64,000 nt of DNA from positions 62,001 through 126,000 of the forward strand of contig NW_005434656.1 in assembly GCF_000315625.1 (NCBI RefSeq), written 5' to 3'. Numbering within the stretch: the stretch's first letter is position 1; each line of letters begins with the position of its first letter. This document shows, in pieces, positions 50,308-62,492 of this stretch. The stretch is from Guillardia theta CCMP2712. Lineage: Eukaryota > Protista > Cryptophyta. A model generated the notes under the pieces. The model saw only the letters and a program-made list of their open reading frames with translations. It ran no database searches and had not been told where the DNA came from. The translations under genes were made by a program, and so were the position numbers.

Positions 50308-52383
50308 ATGATGCCGCAGACTTGTGAGAATTTCTCGATGGAGAGTCAAGACGTCACGCTGAGCTCTGAGGACATGGAGCTCAGCACCAGCGAGGAGGAG
50401 GACCCCTCCATTGCGCTCTCGTGCACCCCTGACATGCACTTGCTGGCCCAGAAGGCTGCAGCATTGTCTACTCCAAAGAAGAAACTTTCGATGGAGGAAG
50501 TTGTTCAGAGGTGCTGGATGTGCTCGCAGCCGATCCCTCCCGTCTCAGACAAGTTTGGCAGGCTGGGTGTGGAGAGCGTGAGGCTGTACAGGCAGCGCAA
50601 GGAGGAGAGACGGGCAGCGGCGAATGAAAACTTCCAGCGCATGACGAGCAGGCAGATTCCGATGTCGCCCTACTCACGACAAGTCGTAGCCGAGCGAGAG
50701 AAGCTGGGAGAGACCATGTTTGACCGGACTGAGAGGATGATGCAGCGACGTCGGCAGCTGGAGCAGGTGCGCCATGAGTAGATTGTCGTCTCCCTTACAT
50801 GATGGTGAAGGCATGCAAGGAGAAGGAAGAGGAAGAGATCAAGAAGTTGCAGAAGCCGCCGCAGATGTGTCCGCAATCACGGAAGATAGTGAGCAAGATG
50901 TCAAGGCTCGGAGTTGACATGATCGATCGATCCAACAAGTTGCTCGAGAAGAGGAGAAATGCGATCGAGGTGACAACATCCAGCGTGACGTGTGCCCACC
51001 CTGACCGACATTTCGGTGCTGTTTGCAGGAAGGAAGAGGCAGGAAGGACATGGAGCTGCGTGAGATGCAGAATCGGCAGAAGATCAGCCCTGGTTCAAAG
51101 AAGCTGGTAGAAGGATCGACCCGAGCGAGCAAGACTACAAGACCGTCCATAATGTCTCATCGGTTCATTGTGAGCGCCAATCTCCCACCGCATCCTTTAG
51201 CTGCTGAGCTATCTACTACAGAATTCCTCGTTGGATGACTCTCTCAGGAGATCAGCGAGCAGCAACAGCACGTCAAGTCGGAGAGCTGAAGAGGATCGAA
51301 AAAGGAGCAGTCTTCCTGAAGCACAGTCCAAGTATGAACCGTGCTTCCAGTCTAGCTTGTGTAGAGGGTGTGATATCAGGGGGAAGGGGGTTGACCGCTC
51401 TGCAGGGAAGTCAGCATGGCGGCTCAGAGGAGTGTGGAGTTTTTACCTGAGGACATGAAGGAGTTCGAGAGGTTCTTGGAACCTCCCTGTCTTGTCCATG
51501 TCAACAGTTGTCCTAGGTTGCAGTGGGAGAACGCGAAGATGAAGTCAAAGATCAAGAAGTACCGCAAACAGTGAGACAAGAACTCAAAGAGGAGATGGAG
51601 CTCACTCGCACGTGCTCCATAGGCTACAAGCGGCGCAGAAGGGAGCGGAGGGGAATACGCCCGTGCAGCTGCTCATCAGCCATTCGAACATGGTGCAAGA
51701 GCACCCGATCTCAAGGAGGACGATCGAGGCGATGGGCGGAGCTCTGATCAAAGAATCGTTTGTGAGTATCGACCATGCTGCTGTCCTTCTCTCGTTCGCA
51801 CTCGCCTCGCCCCCCCCCTGCCTTTTCCTCCTCCTCCTCCTCCTCCTCTGCATCCTGTTCTTCCACCATGCTCCTCCTCCTCTGACTTTGTCGAACTCGC
51901 AGAAACTGATGCGGACGGTGATGACGGATGAGGAGCTTGCGTTGAAGCTCAACGAGCTTCTCAAGGCTCAAGAGTGAGTCGGCCAGCCAATCATGCTGAT
52001 CTTCTGACGTCTGGACAAGATCTGAAGTCTTCTCGAGCGAGTTCGAGACGAAGGCTATGCAGCAAGTGGAGGTATGACGACGATGAGGTTGACCCGTCAG
52101 TGACATGTCCCAGCCTCTCTTCAACATTTTCTTTCATTGCATCCGCTGCGCATCCAAGCAAGGAATCAACTTGTAGCTTTGCTGCCCTGGTGCCGCTCTT
52201 GTCTGATCGACGTCCATGACAGGGAAACCATGCTGTCCTCGCTCGTCAACTCGTATCCCGAAGACGTCTCCTCCCCCATGCTGCTTCTTCTTGCCGCTCA
52301 CGCTCGTCGCAGGTGTTGGCGAGGTTTGACGAGGAAGGACAGGACTCCAAAGGTTATGATCCTCGACCTCCCTCCTTTTTAAC
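50308..52383 (+). CDS. Hypothetical coiled-coil protein, spliced
   Basis: Charged helical exons with recurring P-x-M/I-x-P-x-S-R/K motifs (IPMSPYSR, PQMCPQSR, KISPGSK). Confidence 0.5.
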
Positions 52384-52538
52384 CCTGACTTCTCAGGATT
52401 TTTGCAACAAGAGCTCTCGGACGTCGTTCACGGCATGCAAGTATGACAAACCAGCTCTTGTAGACGAATTTACAGACAAACGAACCAAGTGAATATAAGA
52501 TTGAAACTGATGCAACTCGATAATCGAGTTTGATACTT

Positions 52539-52563
52539 TCAGATATCCAGGTCGTCGTCTGGA

Positions 52564-52607
<44 letters not shown>

Positions 52608-54068
52608 CTGCTGTAGTAGACGTAAGCAACAAGATCACACAGTGTGCAGTGAGACATCTTCAAGAATCTCCAGGGCATCTTCAACGTCGCCTGCCGTCTT
52701 CCCGCGATCTTGCGATGGCCTTGCAAGAGAAATCTCAACTCAACATTGGTACAGACGTTCTCCGATAAAAGAGAAAGAGATATGAAGATCAATGACAGTA
52801 AGATCAAATTCAGAATACCCCTGATTCAGATGCCGTTGGAAGGGGAGCTGTACCGACGCCCTCTGTGCTTTTTCTCCCTCCGAGAGCTCCAGGTTGAAGG
52901 AGAGGCCTGGAGGAGCGACGTGAGCAGGGTTGCGACAGCAGCAAAGTTTCTCACCCAGCGATGAGATCAGGCTCCCTTGCGAAGACTCATCCTCCTGCAC
53001 AGACGCGCTAATGCCAAGGAAAGTGAGACCAGGCCCTCTGACTTGCCGCATCCTCCCCCGCACCTCTTCTCCCAGTTGTACTCTGTCTCCACCATGAAGG
53101 AGGAGGAGTCAACCAGCCTTCTACCAATCAGCGCAGCCTGTCGCAAGCCGCCATGTCAGTCGGGGGGAGCAGCAGCAGCTCCGCTGACCCTCTGGGAGAC
53201 CGACGAGTTGTCCCTTATCCTGTTGACAAGCAGGCGGTACAACGCTTGCCCATCTTGTCCGTCCGGAGCTTGAAGCGCATTCCCTTCAGTGCGCTTCTCG
53301 ACCTCACTGAGAGCAGGAGACACCTCAGCAAACACATTCAAAACTCCCAGCAGTCTCTCACCTCACTGTCAAGACAGCGTCCGAGTCCGCAGTGAGGGCC
53401 TGTGTGGCCGCCACGTTATCAAGGGACAGGAGGAGGAAGAAAAGGCTGGTGCTACCTTCACAAGGTCAGGAGGATGGAGATCTGTATACACGACAGCTAA
53501 CAGAGAGAACTGTGAATTCTATCATCATCCTTCCCATTCACCAGACCTCATATCACACCTTGATTCCCTGCCTGATCTTGTTCAACATGTGCACAAAGTC
53601 TTGAACGGTTCCCCGTAGGATCATATCACTCGCAGAGTCGATGCAGACTACTATCTTCACTGTCCCACTCCTTGTCCCCCTTCCCTGCTCGAAGTTGCTG
53701 ATACTATCGTTGACAGCCTCCCTCACCGTGCGGAAACATTCCTTGGAGTTCAACATGGTCCTGACCAGCGGCCATTCTTCGCCACAGCACTTTTGCTGTC
53801 CTCGAGGTGGCAATGAACGCCATCCCCGCGGGTCAGAGAAGCAGTCGATGAACGACAAGGACACGTCCTTCCCTATCCCCCCGTCCTCAACATACGATGC
53901 CATTCTTTCAACGGGTCCTTCCAGCGCAATCATAACGAAATGAAGGGCCTTGTCGCTGCCACTTGCAGTCTTGGCAATAAGCTGCTGCATCGCCGCCTGT
54001 CCACCTCCACTTCCAACTTTGCTCAAGATGTAGCCCCTTCCTCGGATTTCTCCTACTCTTTCCGCCAT
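52539..54068 (-). CDS. ELP5: Elongator complex subunit 5-like, spliced
   Basis: FIDCFSDPRGW, VVCIDS, LSFNLELSEGEKAQRASVQLPF and C-terminal EDEDDPDDDLDI* match ELP5 family motifs. Confidence 0.82.
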
Positions 54069-54668
54069 CTTCGAACAACAAGGTATCGTTTTACTTCAGG
54101 TCGTGTTGTTTCTGTTCTTGTCTGTCTTCTTCAACTTGGCGATTCACAATATGCACATTCTCATCATAATCGTCTCTTCTCTTCTCTTCTCTTCTCTTCT
54201 ATTTGCCGCTCTTCTCCCCACCATGACCATCACCGCCCCTGGCCCCCTGTGCTGCCTGACATAGCGATGAAACCACTAGTTAGTTTACCCGGTGTTGCCT
54301 AGCCCGGATAAAATCTGAGTTGCCGGCTCCTGTCCTGTATATTTTTCCCCTCTTTTGACCGTTTGACTCGCAGCCGCCTTGTCAATCATGCAGTGAGAAA
54401 GCGCTGCTTCTGATCCTTCCTCCTCTCTCCTCATTCCCTTCCTACGACCTCTGCTCCTCTCTGCTCCTCTCTGCTCCTCTCTCCTCCTCTCTCCTCTCTG
54501 TCTCCTCCTCCCTCCTCCTCCCTCCTCCTCTCTCCTCTCTGTCTCTCCTACTCCCCCTCATCCTCCCTCATCCTCCCTCCTCTCTGCTCTCTCCTTCCAC
54601 ATCTCTTCTTGTTCCTTCGTCTGTTGATACAGCAAACTCTTCTGCGCGCGTCCGAGTCACCAAGGCGA

Positions 54669-56049
54669 ATGCAGACGATGATTCGGCATGAAAAATATGA
54701 GCCCAAAGTCCTCAAAGGGATCCTAATCAACGGCAACGACCGGGTGCGGACCATCTCCAGCATGACCATCCAGGCGGCTGTCAGAAGGTCCCTCTACTCC
54801 ATGAGGTTCAGAATGTGGCACGACAAGCTGTTCAAGTTGAAAGAGCAGATCAGAGCTGCGCAGAGCCTCAAGGCGAGCATCCTGACTCCCCAGAAAGGAG
54901 ACGACAAGAAGAGGATGGTCGAGATCCTCCAGGGTGGTGTGAGGCGGATGAGCTGTATGTCGGCTCATCATCAGGAGCATGCAGCTGTAGTTCAGCTGCA
55001 GGCTGCATGCCGAATGAAGGAGATGAGAATGCAGATAGAGGAAGCATGCGCTGCTGTAGTGCAGCTGCAGGCCATTGTGAGACGCAGATCATCACACAGA
55101 TTCGCACAAGGTGTTGGTGGAGAAGAAGAGCGAGTACAAGATCAGCAGTCATGCCTGCAAGTAGGAATGCATGAGAGACAACATTGTGATGGGCAGCAGG
55201 GAAAGAAGCCGGGAGCTGCTGGACCATCGTCGCCAGATGCCGATGTGAAGAAGCCAGAGTTTCAATTCTGGAATCAACCAGAGAGGTCGAAAGTTTTCAT
55301 TCAGGCGATCAGGAACGGCGACTTGTCGATCCTTCGCGATGCGCTAGCAAGCGGTACCATCAAAGTGAACGAGGTGACTTATGCCCGCTCCCCCTCCTCC
55401 GAACGTTGACTTCGTCTTTGACTCACTGATGCAGATTTTGGACAAGGACACCGGGGACAGCATCCTGCACTTTGCGGCGCAGAGCGATCGAAAAAGCATG
55501 GCAGTGATGTTGATCGAAGAGTTTGGCGCTGATCCGATAGCAAGAAACCGCCAAGGGAAGACACCTTTCGATGAGGCGATCCGTGGATCCGAAGTGTGGA
55601 CACTGTTGAGTGCTTTCTCCGATCCGTCGGCATCGAACTCGTTGAGCAGCTCGAAGGCGAACGATCTTCAATCTGACAACGAACTGAATCAAGATGGTCT
55701 ACTGTCAGTGTCTTCAAGTTTGCAACCTCCCTCATCACCGTCATCACTTCAGAGCTCCAAGAAGAGAGGAGATGCTAAAGGCAGCTCCAAGCTCAGCTCC
55801 GAAGGGTCCCGCACGTCCTCTAGGAAGAGCAAAAAAGTGAAAATTTCGAAAGAGCAGACCAGGACGGTCAACATCACTCGGATCGCACAAGAAGGAACGA
55901 GCGGAAGCGGCAGCGTGGGGTTAGGAATCGGCGTCGTTGTTGATCGTTTCGTCCCGTGTGTCCGAGTGGAGAGTATACAGGAAGGCGGAGCAGCTTGGAA
56001 AAGCGGTGAGGAGGAGGAGGAGGAGGAGGAGGAGGAGGAGGAGGAGGAG

Positions 56050-56085
<36 letters not shown>

Positions 56086-59000
56086 GAGGAGGACGAGGAC
56101 GAGGACGAGGACGAGGAGGAGGAGGAGGAGGAGGAGGCGGTGGTGGTGGTGTGGTGCAGGGGGTTCAGAAGGTGGCAAAGGAAGGGGTGGAGAGGCTCAG
56201 GACAGGGATCAGGAGGGAGGAGAGAGGATGACAGAATTCACTGACACTATGCAGGTGAAATTTTCGTTGGGGATGAGATTCTTGCTGTGGATGGTACAAA
56301 CCTGAAGCATCTCGACTCCAGCCAGATAGCTGAGCTCCTGCTGGGGAAACCAGGATCAGCCGTATCCTTGCTGATCTCGAGCAAGGAGACGCCATCGAAA
56401 GGCCTTACTCCGATCCCAGAGGAGGAAGAGAACCAGTCGCACTTTCCTCTCGCCGCCATCCTCGAGGTGGAGGAGAGCGGGGAGGAATACATCCCTAAGA
56501 ACGAACTGCAACGAGCCTCCTTGAAGGCCCAGGCAACCCAAGACATCTCTCTTGCTCTCAGTGAGATGGCTTCCTCCTCCTTCTCAACATTCTCTCCTTC
56601 TCCCTCTCTCTGTCCCTCTCCCTCTCTCTGTCCCTCTCCCTCTCTCTGTCCCTCTCTCCCTCCTCCTCCTCCTCTCTCTCTCTCCCTCTCTCTCTCTCCC
56701 CCCCCCCCCCTCTCTCCCTCTCTCTCTCCCGGCAAGTGAGTCTGACTGTCTCCCCACAAGACGTTTCTCCTATGAGGATCTACGCAGTGGACGTCAAGAG
56801 CAAGTCACAGCAGCACTCCAGGAGGTCGACCATCTTCTGCCTCATCGTCCTACCCCCTCGAGATGCTGTCGACCGCCGATCTGCCGAGGAGCTTGTCAAC
56901 GAGCTCAACGCTCGAGCGAGCCGTAGAGACGACTCCTTGCACGACTACATGACCTTGCGGCATGCTGTCTCTGCTTCCGTCATCGGCCCGGTACGTTTTT
57001 TCACCTGCTTCACTCCCTTCTTCTCTGATCCTTGACTTCTCTTCCTCATTCCACCAACACCTCGTCTACTTCTCTCTCCTACCTCCTCCTACCATCTTCT
57101 GCCTCCTGCCTCCTGCTCACCATCGCTGTCTGCTCACCGCATTCTCAAGGTCAAGGAGAAGAACGGATCGCTGGTAGTCAGCCCTCAGACCTCCCCTGGT
57201 CCTTCATCCAGACTGAACTCGAGCGGGGGAGGGAGGGCGAGCCAGGAGGGCAGCAACGGGAGCGCTACCAAGAAGTTGACGGTGTTGGACGAGCTCGAGA
57301 TGGACCTGGAGAGCGTTCGGCGGGAAGCCCAGCTGGTACAGCAGCAGAGCCAGGCGCTGTTTGCTCGGGACTTGACGGCAAAGAGCCCCCGACGTCCTCT
57401 CATACCCGACGCAGAGCTGCCAGTGCTCGGGTCCCGTGTGGCTCGCTCGCCGGAATCGAAGCTGAACGAGTCGAGCTCGTACGAGAGCACGTGGATCAGT
57501 CCCCCCAGGCTGCGTTCTCCTCCTCCTGAGATGAAGGAGCTCTCCCCCCTGCAGAACCGCCTCTACAGGTCTGTTGACGCGTCCGCAGACGCAAGGAAGA
57601 AGCTGGTGGAGGATCCAGTCGGGGACGTCGGGCTGACCTGCCAAGTCTCCTTCGATCGAGACGGTGAGATCCAGGTAGTCGTCAAGGACGTGGAGCATGG
57701 CAGGCCCGCCCAGCAGTCCGGCATGATACACAAGAACGACCGTCTGGTCATGATCGACGGCAGGAGGGCCATCCAGCTCGGCGGCCTCAGTCAAGTGCAC
57801 GAAAGTCTCCGGGGCCCGGTGGGCAGCTCGGTCGAGCTGACGTTCGTCCGAGAGACAAGCAGGGCGACTAAGTTCACAGTCTACCTGATCCGGACAGCAG
57901 GCACTGACGAGGTTGAGAACATGAACTTGAGCCAGTCCCCTCAAAGATCCTCGGCAAGGCGAGACCCGAAAGTCCCGACGCTCAAACTCAACGCTGCTCT
58001 AAAGCTGGATGTCAGCCCGGTCAGGAGACGTGTGAGCCCGCGGACGGAATTTTCGTATGAAGAGCTGCGGGCCATCCACTACAAGGCCAAGGCCGACGGC
58101 AACGACCATGAACGCTCGCACGAAGGGTCGAGGAGAAAGGTGCGAGCACGAACGCGCGTCATGAAGTCGCAGCCACAGGAGGCGCAAGGGTCAGCACAGG
58201 GAGACATCAGCTTGTCAAACGTGAACAAGAGCAACGGTCAAACAGTCGTAACTCACTCTCCCTTGCCCCAGGGCATCTTCTCACCCCGTGTTGAGACTTC
58301 TGCCGGTCAGCAATTCCCGGATCGAAGCTTCGAGTCCTGGGATGCCAAGATTATCTCCAGTTCTCCTCTCCGCCAGAGTTTTCCTCTCTCTGTTGCACAA
58401 GTCTTCCAAGAGTTCACACAGAGTAACGCATCGCCTCGCCGACAAACGCCAGCTCATCCCCGACCTCTACCAGCTAGCGACCAGCCTTCCGCGCCTCAGC
58501 ACAAGACTCCAGCTATCGACCAGCCTGAGCCGTCTCCTCGATACCAGCCGTCTCCTCGGTACCAGGCCCCAGCTATCGACCAGCCTGAGCCGTCGGCTCC
58601 TCGATACCAGCCGTCTCCTCGGTACCAGGCCCCAGCTATCGACCAGCCTGAGCCGTCTCCTCGGTACCAGGCCCCTGCTCGATACCAGGCCCCAGCTATC
58701 GACCAGCCTGAGCCGTCTCCTCGGTACCAGCCGTCTCCTCGATACCAGCCGTCGCCTCGATACCAGGCCCCAGCTATCGACCAGCCTGAGCCGTCTCCTC
58801 GGTACCAAGCCCCAGCTCGATACCAGGCCCCAGCTATCGACCAGCCTGAGCCGTCTCCTCGGTACCAGCCGTCTCCTCGGTACCAGCCCCCAGCTATCGA
58901 CCAGCCTGAGCCGTCTCCTCGGTACCAGGCCCCAGCTCGATACCAGGCCCCAGCTATCGACCAGCCGTCTCCTCGAGCCCCAGCTATCGACCAGCCTGAG

Positions 59001-59738
59001 CCGTCTCCTCGGTACCAGCCGTCCCCTCGATACCAGGCCCCAGCTCGATACCAGGCCCCAGCTATCGACCAGCCTGAGCCGTCTCCTCGGTACCAGCCGT
59101 CTCCTCGGTACCAGGCCCCAGCTATCGACCAGCCTGAGCCGTCTCCTCGGTACCAAGCCCCAGCTCGATACCAGGCCCCAGCTATCGACCAGCCTGAGCC
59201 GTCTCCTCGGTACCAGGCCCCAGCTATCGACCAGCCTGAGCCGTCTCCTCGGTACCAGCCGTCTCCTCGGTACCAGCCGTCTCCTCGGTACCAGCCGTCT
59301 CCTCGGTACCAGGCCCCAGCTATCGACCAGCCTGAGCCGTCTCCTCGGTACCAAGCCCCAGCTCGATACCAGGCCCCAGCTCGATACCAGGCCCCAGCTA
59401 TCGACCAGCCTGAGCCGTCTCCTCGGTACATTCCAAGGCATGACACGAGCATCGAACAGTCAACTCCAAACCGTCCTCCCCTCCCCCCAAGTTTTCAGAG
59501 CCTCAGCTCAAGCTATCTTCAGTCCCCGAGAACCCCAAGGCTCTCTGACTCTCCGTACTCCATCAATCTGCAGAAGCTGGGAACACGAGCTGAGCCCGCG
59601 ACTTCGTGGAATGAGCTACGGGTGCCGCATGCTTGGGGAGGCAACATGGGCAGCCAGAAGGAGGGTGAGAGAGGACAGGTCTTGTCGGATACTCACACTC
59701 CTCGTCCGACGAGGGTATCATTAGGGATGGTACTTTGA
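54669..59738 (+). CDS. IQ-motif, ankyrin-repeat, two-PDZ scaffold protein with Pro-rich repeat tail, spliced
   Basis: IQAAVRR/LQAIVRR; GDSILHFAA...GADPIARNRQGKTPFDEA; PDZ1 GLGIGV...EGGAAWKSG|EIFVGDEILAVDG; PDZ2 GDVGL...GRPAQQSGMIHKNDRLVMIDG...RGPVGSSVEL. The start is approximate. Confidence 0.75.
58508..59430 (+). repeat. Coding combinatorial tandem repeat (APAIDQPE / PSPRYQ / APARYQ modules)
   Basis: 24-, 18- and 18-bp modules in varying order, all in frame. Confidence 0.95.
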
Positions 59739-59834
59739 TCTTGTTAAGTTTGTATCTTTCATGCAAAATCGCACTGCCGAAGATTAAAGATTAAACAAAA
59801 ACACACAAGTATCCACACTTATCTATGACACATT

Positions 59835-61160
59835 CTACATGGAATTGTATCCAATGCTGTCCAGATCGAAGGCTTCGTCCTTGTCCGACGACAGGTCTTT
59901 GAACATGGCGAAATAGGAGTTGCCATGAACTTCCCGCCCGGACGCGAACAGCGTCCCCTTCACTGGGTTCTTCAGCATCTCATCGAGCGACACCGGCGTG
60001 CTCTCGTCGTAACCGTCCCCGAAGAAGCACTCCTTCACTGACTTCCCGAGCGCCTTGCAGCTCTGCAGACTCGCGTACATGTCCACAGGCTGCGCCGAGT
60101 CCCTGTAGTAAACTTCAAAGGTTTTTCCGTCCGCGTCCTTGGACAAGGCGGCAGCCGTCAGGATGTCAGCAAGGTCGAGCCGGGAGATCATCCCGCTCTT
60201 GGTCACTCCCTGATTGAACTCCACCTCCTTCACACCTCTCGCCTCCCCGAGAGTCAGCATCCCGGGCCTCACGATGGTGTACGACAGCGAGGGATCCTTG
60301 GCTGCTGCATACAGCTCTCGCACAGCGTCTTCGCCGGCCTGTTTCTTGTAGCAAGCATCGCACGAGGCCGCACCCCTGTCAAGCTGATCTGGCACGTCGT
60401 ACTCCTGCTTCTTCCGGCACTTGGCACAGACAGAGCTGACGATCACAAGCCGTGGTATCTTGTTGGCGATGCAAGCCTTGGCTACGTTTTCGAGCCCGAT
60501 GTCTTCCACGTGATCACTCGGAGGTGCAACTTTTGCTGCAGCGAAGGTCTGCAGAGGAGCAGAGGAGGAGGAGGAGGAAGCCACTTTGGTCCCAGGTGTG
60601 ACCGTTGCGGTAACCTTGGGCCTTGAAGCAGCCGTGAAGATGACGGCCTTGGCCCCTTGGATAGCGCTGGGGATGCTGCTGGCCTTGTTGACGTCGACGA
60701 TCGCAGATCGCACAAGATTCCTCTCCCTCTCGTCATCCAGCACGATGGTGTCTGGCCCTCGTTCTGCATTCAACACAATCTTCTGTGGCCTCCTGGTACA
60801 AGCAATGACCTTCTGCCCTTTCTTTATCAGACTCCGCACGGTATCGCCTCCAGTGTATCCCCCGGCGCCGATAACTGCTACAGCATCTTCAAAATCTGCG
60901 TTGGGCTCGGCTCCTGAGAATGAAGGGGTTGTGAGAGCAGCGAGTCCGAAGCCTGTCAAAACCAACATCTCCTTCCTATCCAACGAAACTCGTCCTCCTT
61001 CGAACCGCATTGACACCAACGTTTCTTTCTTCTTCCTAGATAATGTCGGGAAGGATCGGAGAGATGGCAGAGCGCGAACAATACCTCCCTGGTGGAAAGC
61101 ATGCACAGAGTTCGCAATCGCGGCAAGGCAGAGGAAAGATAAGATATTGGACCAGCTCAT
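59835..61160 (-). CDS. Plastid-targeted atypical SDR / NAD(P)-binding Rossmann protein (TIC62/NmrA-like), intronless
   Basis: Signal MSWSNILSFLCLAAIANSVHA|F; VAVIGAGGYTG, VIFTAAS, RLVIVSS, YTIVRPGML, ISRLDLA, KTFEV. Confidence 0.88.
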   Translation of the reverse strand: MSWSNILSFLCLAAIANSVHAFHQGGIVRALPSLRSFPTLSRKKKETLVSMRFEGGRVSLDRKEMLVLTGFGLAALTTPSFSGAEPNADFEDAVAVIGAGGYTGGDTVRSLIKKGQKVIACTRRPQKIVLNAERGPDTIVLDDERERNLVRSAIVDVNKASSIPSAIQGAKAVIFTAASRPKVTATVTPGTKVASSSSSSAPLQTFAAAKVAPPSDHVEDIGLENVAKACIANKIPRLVIVSSVCAKCRKKQEYDVPDQLDRGAASCDACYKKQAGEDAVRELYAAAKDPSLSYTIVRPGMLTLGEARGVKEVEFNQGVTKSGMISRLDLADILTAAALSKDADGKTFEVYYRDSAQPVDMYASLQSCKALGKSVKECFFGDGYDESTPVSLDEMLKNPVKGTLFASGREVHGNSYFAMFKDLSSDKDEAFDLDSIGYNSM

Positions 61161-61329
61161 TTTGACGAAGATCATTTCCAGTAGCCGCAGCCTCACTGTT
61201 GTCTTGAGTTTGTACAAGGCTTCACAAACAGTTCTTCTTCTGTCTCTTCTTCTGTCTCTTCTTCTTTCTCTTCTTCTTTCTCTCCTTCTTCTGTTGCTCT
61301 CTATCTCCCTGCCTGCCTTTTAAGCCTCT

Positions 61330-61920
61330 CCGACCCCGCTTTATTAAGTCCCTTCGCCCACCCCTACCCCTGTACTGAAGACATCTTTATTTTAATACCC
61401 CTTCTTTTGACTATCTGAAATAGTCAGTTCCTTGGGTCAGCCATCACCCCCTACCTCTAAAGAGCACTCGCAGGTCTGCTCCCTCCCACCCCAATCATGA
61501 AACGATTACCCCTCGCTTACCTCACACTAACCCCTACCCTATACCTCATATCACCCCCTTGTTCTACCCCACCCCGGCACTCCTGCAACAATTTCTGACC
61601 TTTGAGTTTTGGGGAGGGACAACACTCCAGGGCGGCACATAAAGGGTAGGGTATGTTTTTCTGTAGGTAGGGTCATGCAAGGGTTCCTTTTCACCGGTTC
61701 CAGACATTGAAAATTGTATGGTACTCAGGGTAGTTCAAAATTCTATGGGGGTAGGGGTATCGACAGGCTAGGAACAGGTGGGACTCGGCTGCAACAAGGG
61801 CCGCAATCTGAAGATGTGGAGATACAAGCAGGGACTTGAGGGCAGGGAATCACTTTGAGCAGGATACCCCATGTATCATTGAAGAAAAAGTGGGTAGGGG
61901 TGATGACCCCACCCTACTTT
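61330..61920. promoter_or_regulatory. Bidirectional promoter-like region with polarised CCCTACCC / GGGTAGGG motifs
   Basis: C-rich motifs at 61361 and 61531 on the left, G-rich motifs at 61644, 61748 and 61892 on the right, between divergent genes. Confidence 0.45.
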
Positions 61921-62492
61921 TGACTTTAATGCTTTTTAAGTGCACCAAGCTACTTTTAATACTTATAACAGTGGGTTATGGACTGAATTTCTGGTACAAT
62001 ATTTAGTACCAGTGTAATGGAAACTTTTAATAACAGTTTTTACAAAAGCTTCATCTGGGGTTCCTACGACTATCTTTGTACCACGGGTCCCTTTTGTACC
62101 TGAGGTCCATTTATATCTTTGTAGACCAGTTATAAAACCATTGCGCCTCCCCGTACAAGCACGCAGACCTTCACCCTCCCGCGCGCCCTCCACAAGCTCC
62201 TCGCATCTCGTCCTCCTGCTGCCTCCCCATCGTATCTCCTCCCCCGCCATTTGCTCTTCATCATTTCAATCCTTTCTGTCTCCTTCCATCCTCACTCCTT
62301 CCCTTTGCTGCTGATTCTTTCCACGAATTTTCACTTTTGCCTTTTATTCCCGCTGTCCTTTCTCACCTTTTTCAATCTTCCCCTCTCACCAAACAATTAT
62401 CTTATAGGAAAAGTCTTCAATGTTTGTACAATTTTCACTCTCTTGCCCATCTCTGTAACTTGATTTGTTTGTAACAAGTTTCTGCAGACTCG

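Noticed and set aside
55937-56305. Poly-E/D or poly-R protein segment
   Set aside because: It lies within a GT-AG intron whose removal restores an intact PDZ domain.
58288-59724. Overlapping 478-, 324- and 318-aa ORFs in other frames and strands
   Set aside because: A by-product of stop-free 18/24-bp repeat modules. Only the frame continuous with PDZ2 is supported.
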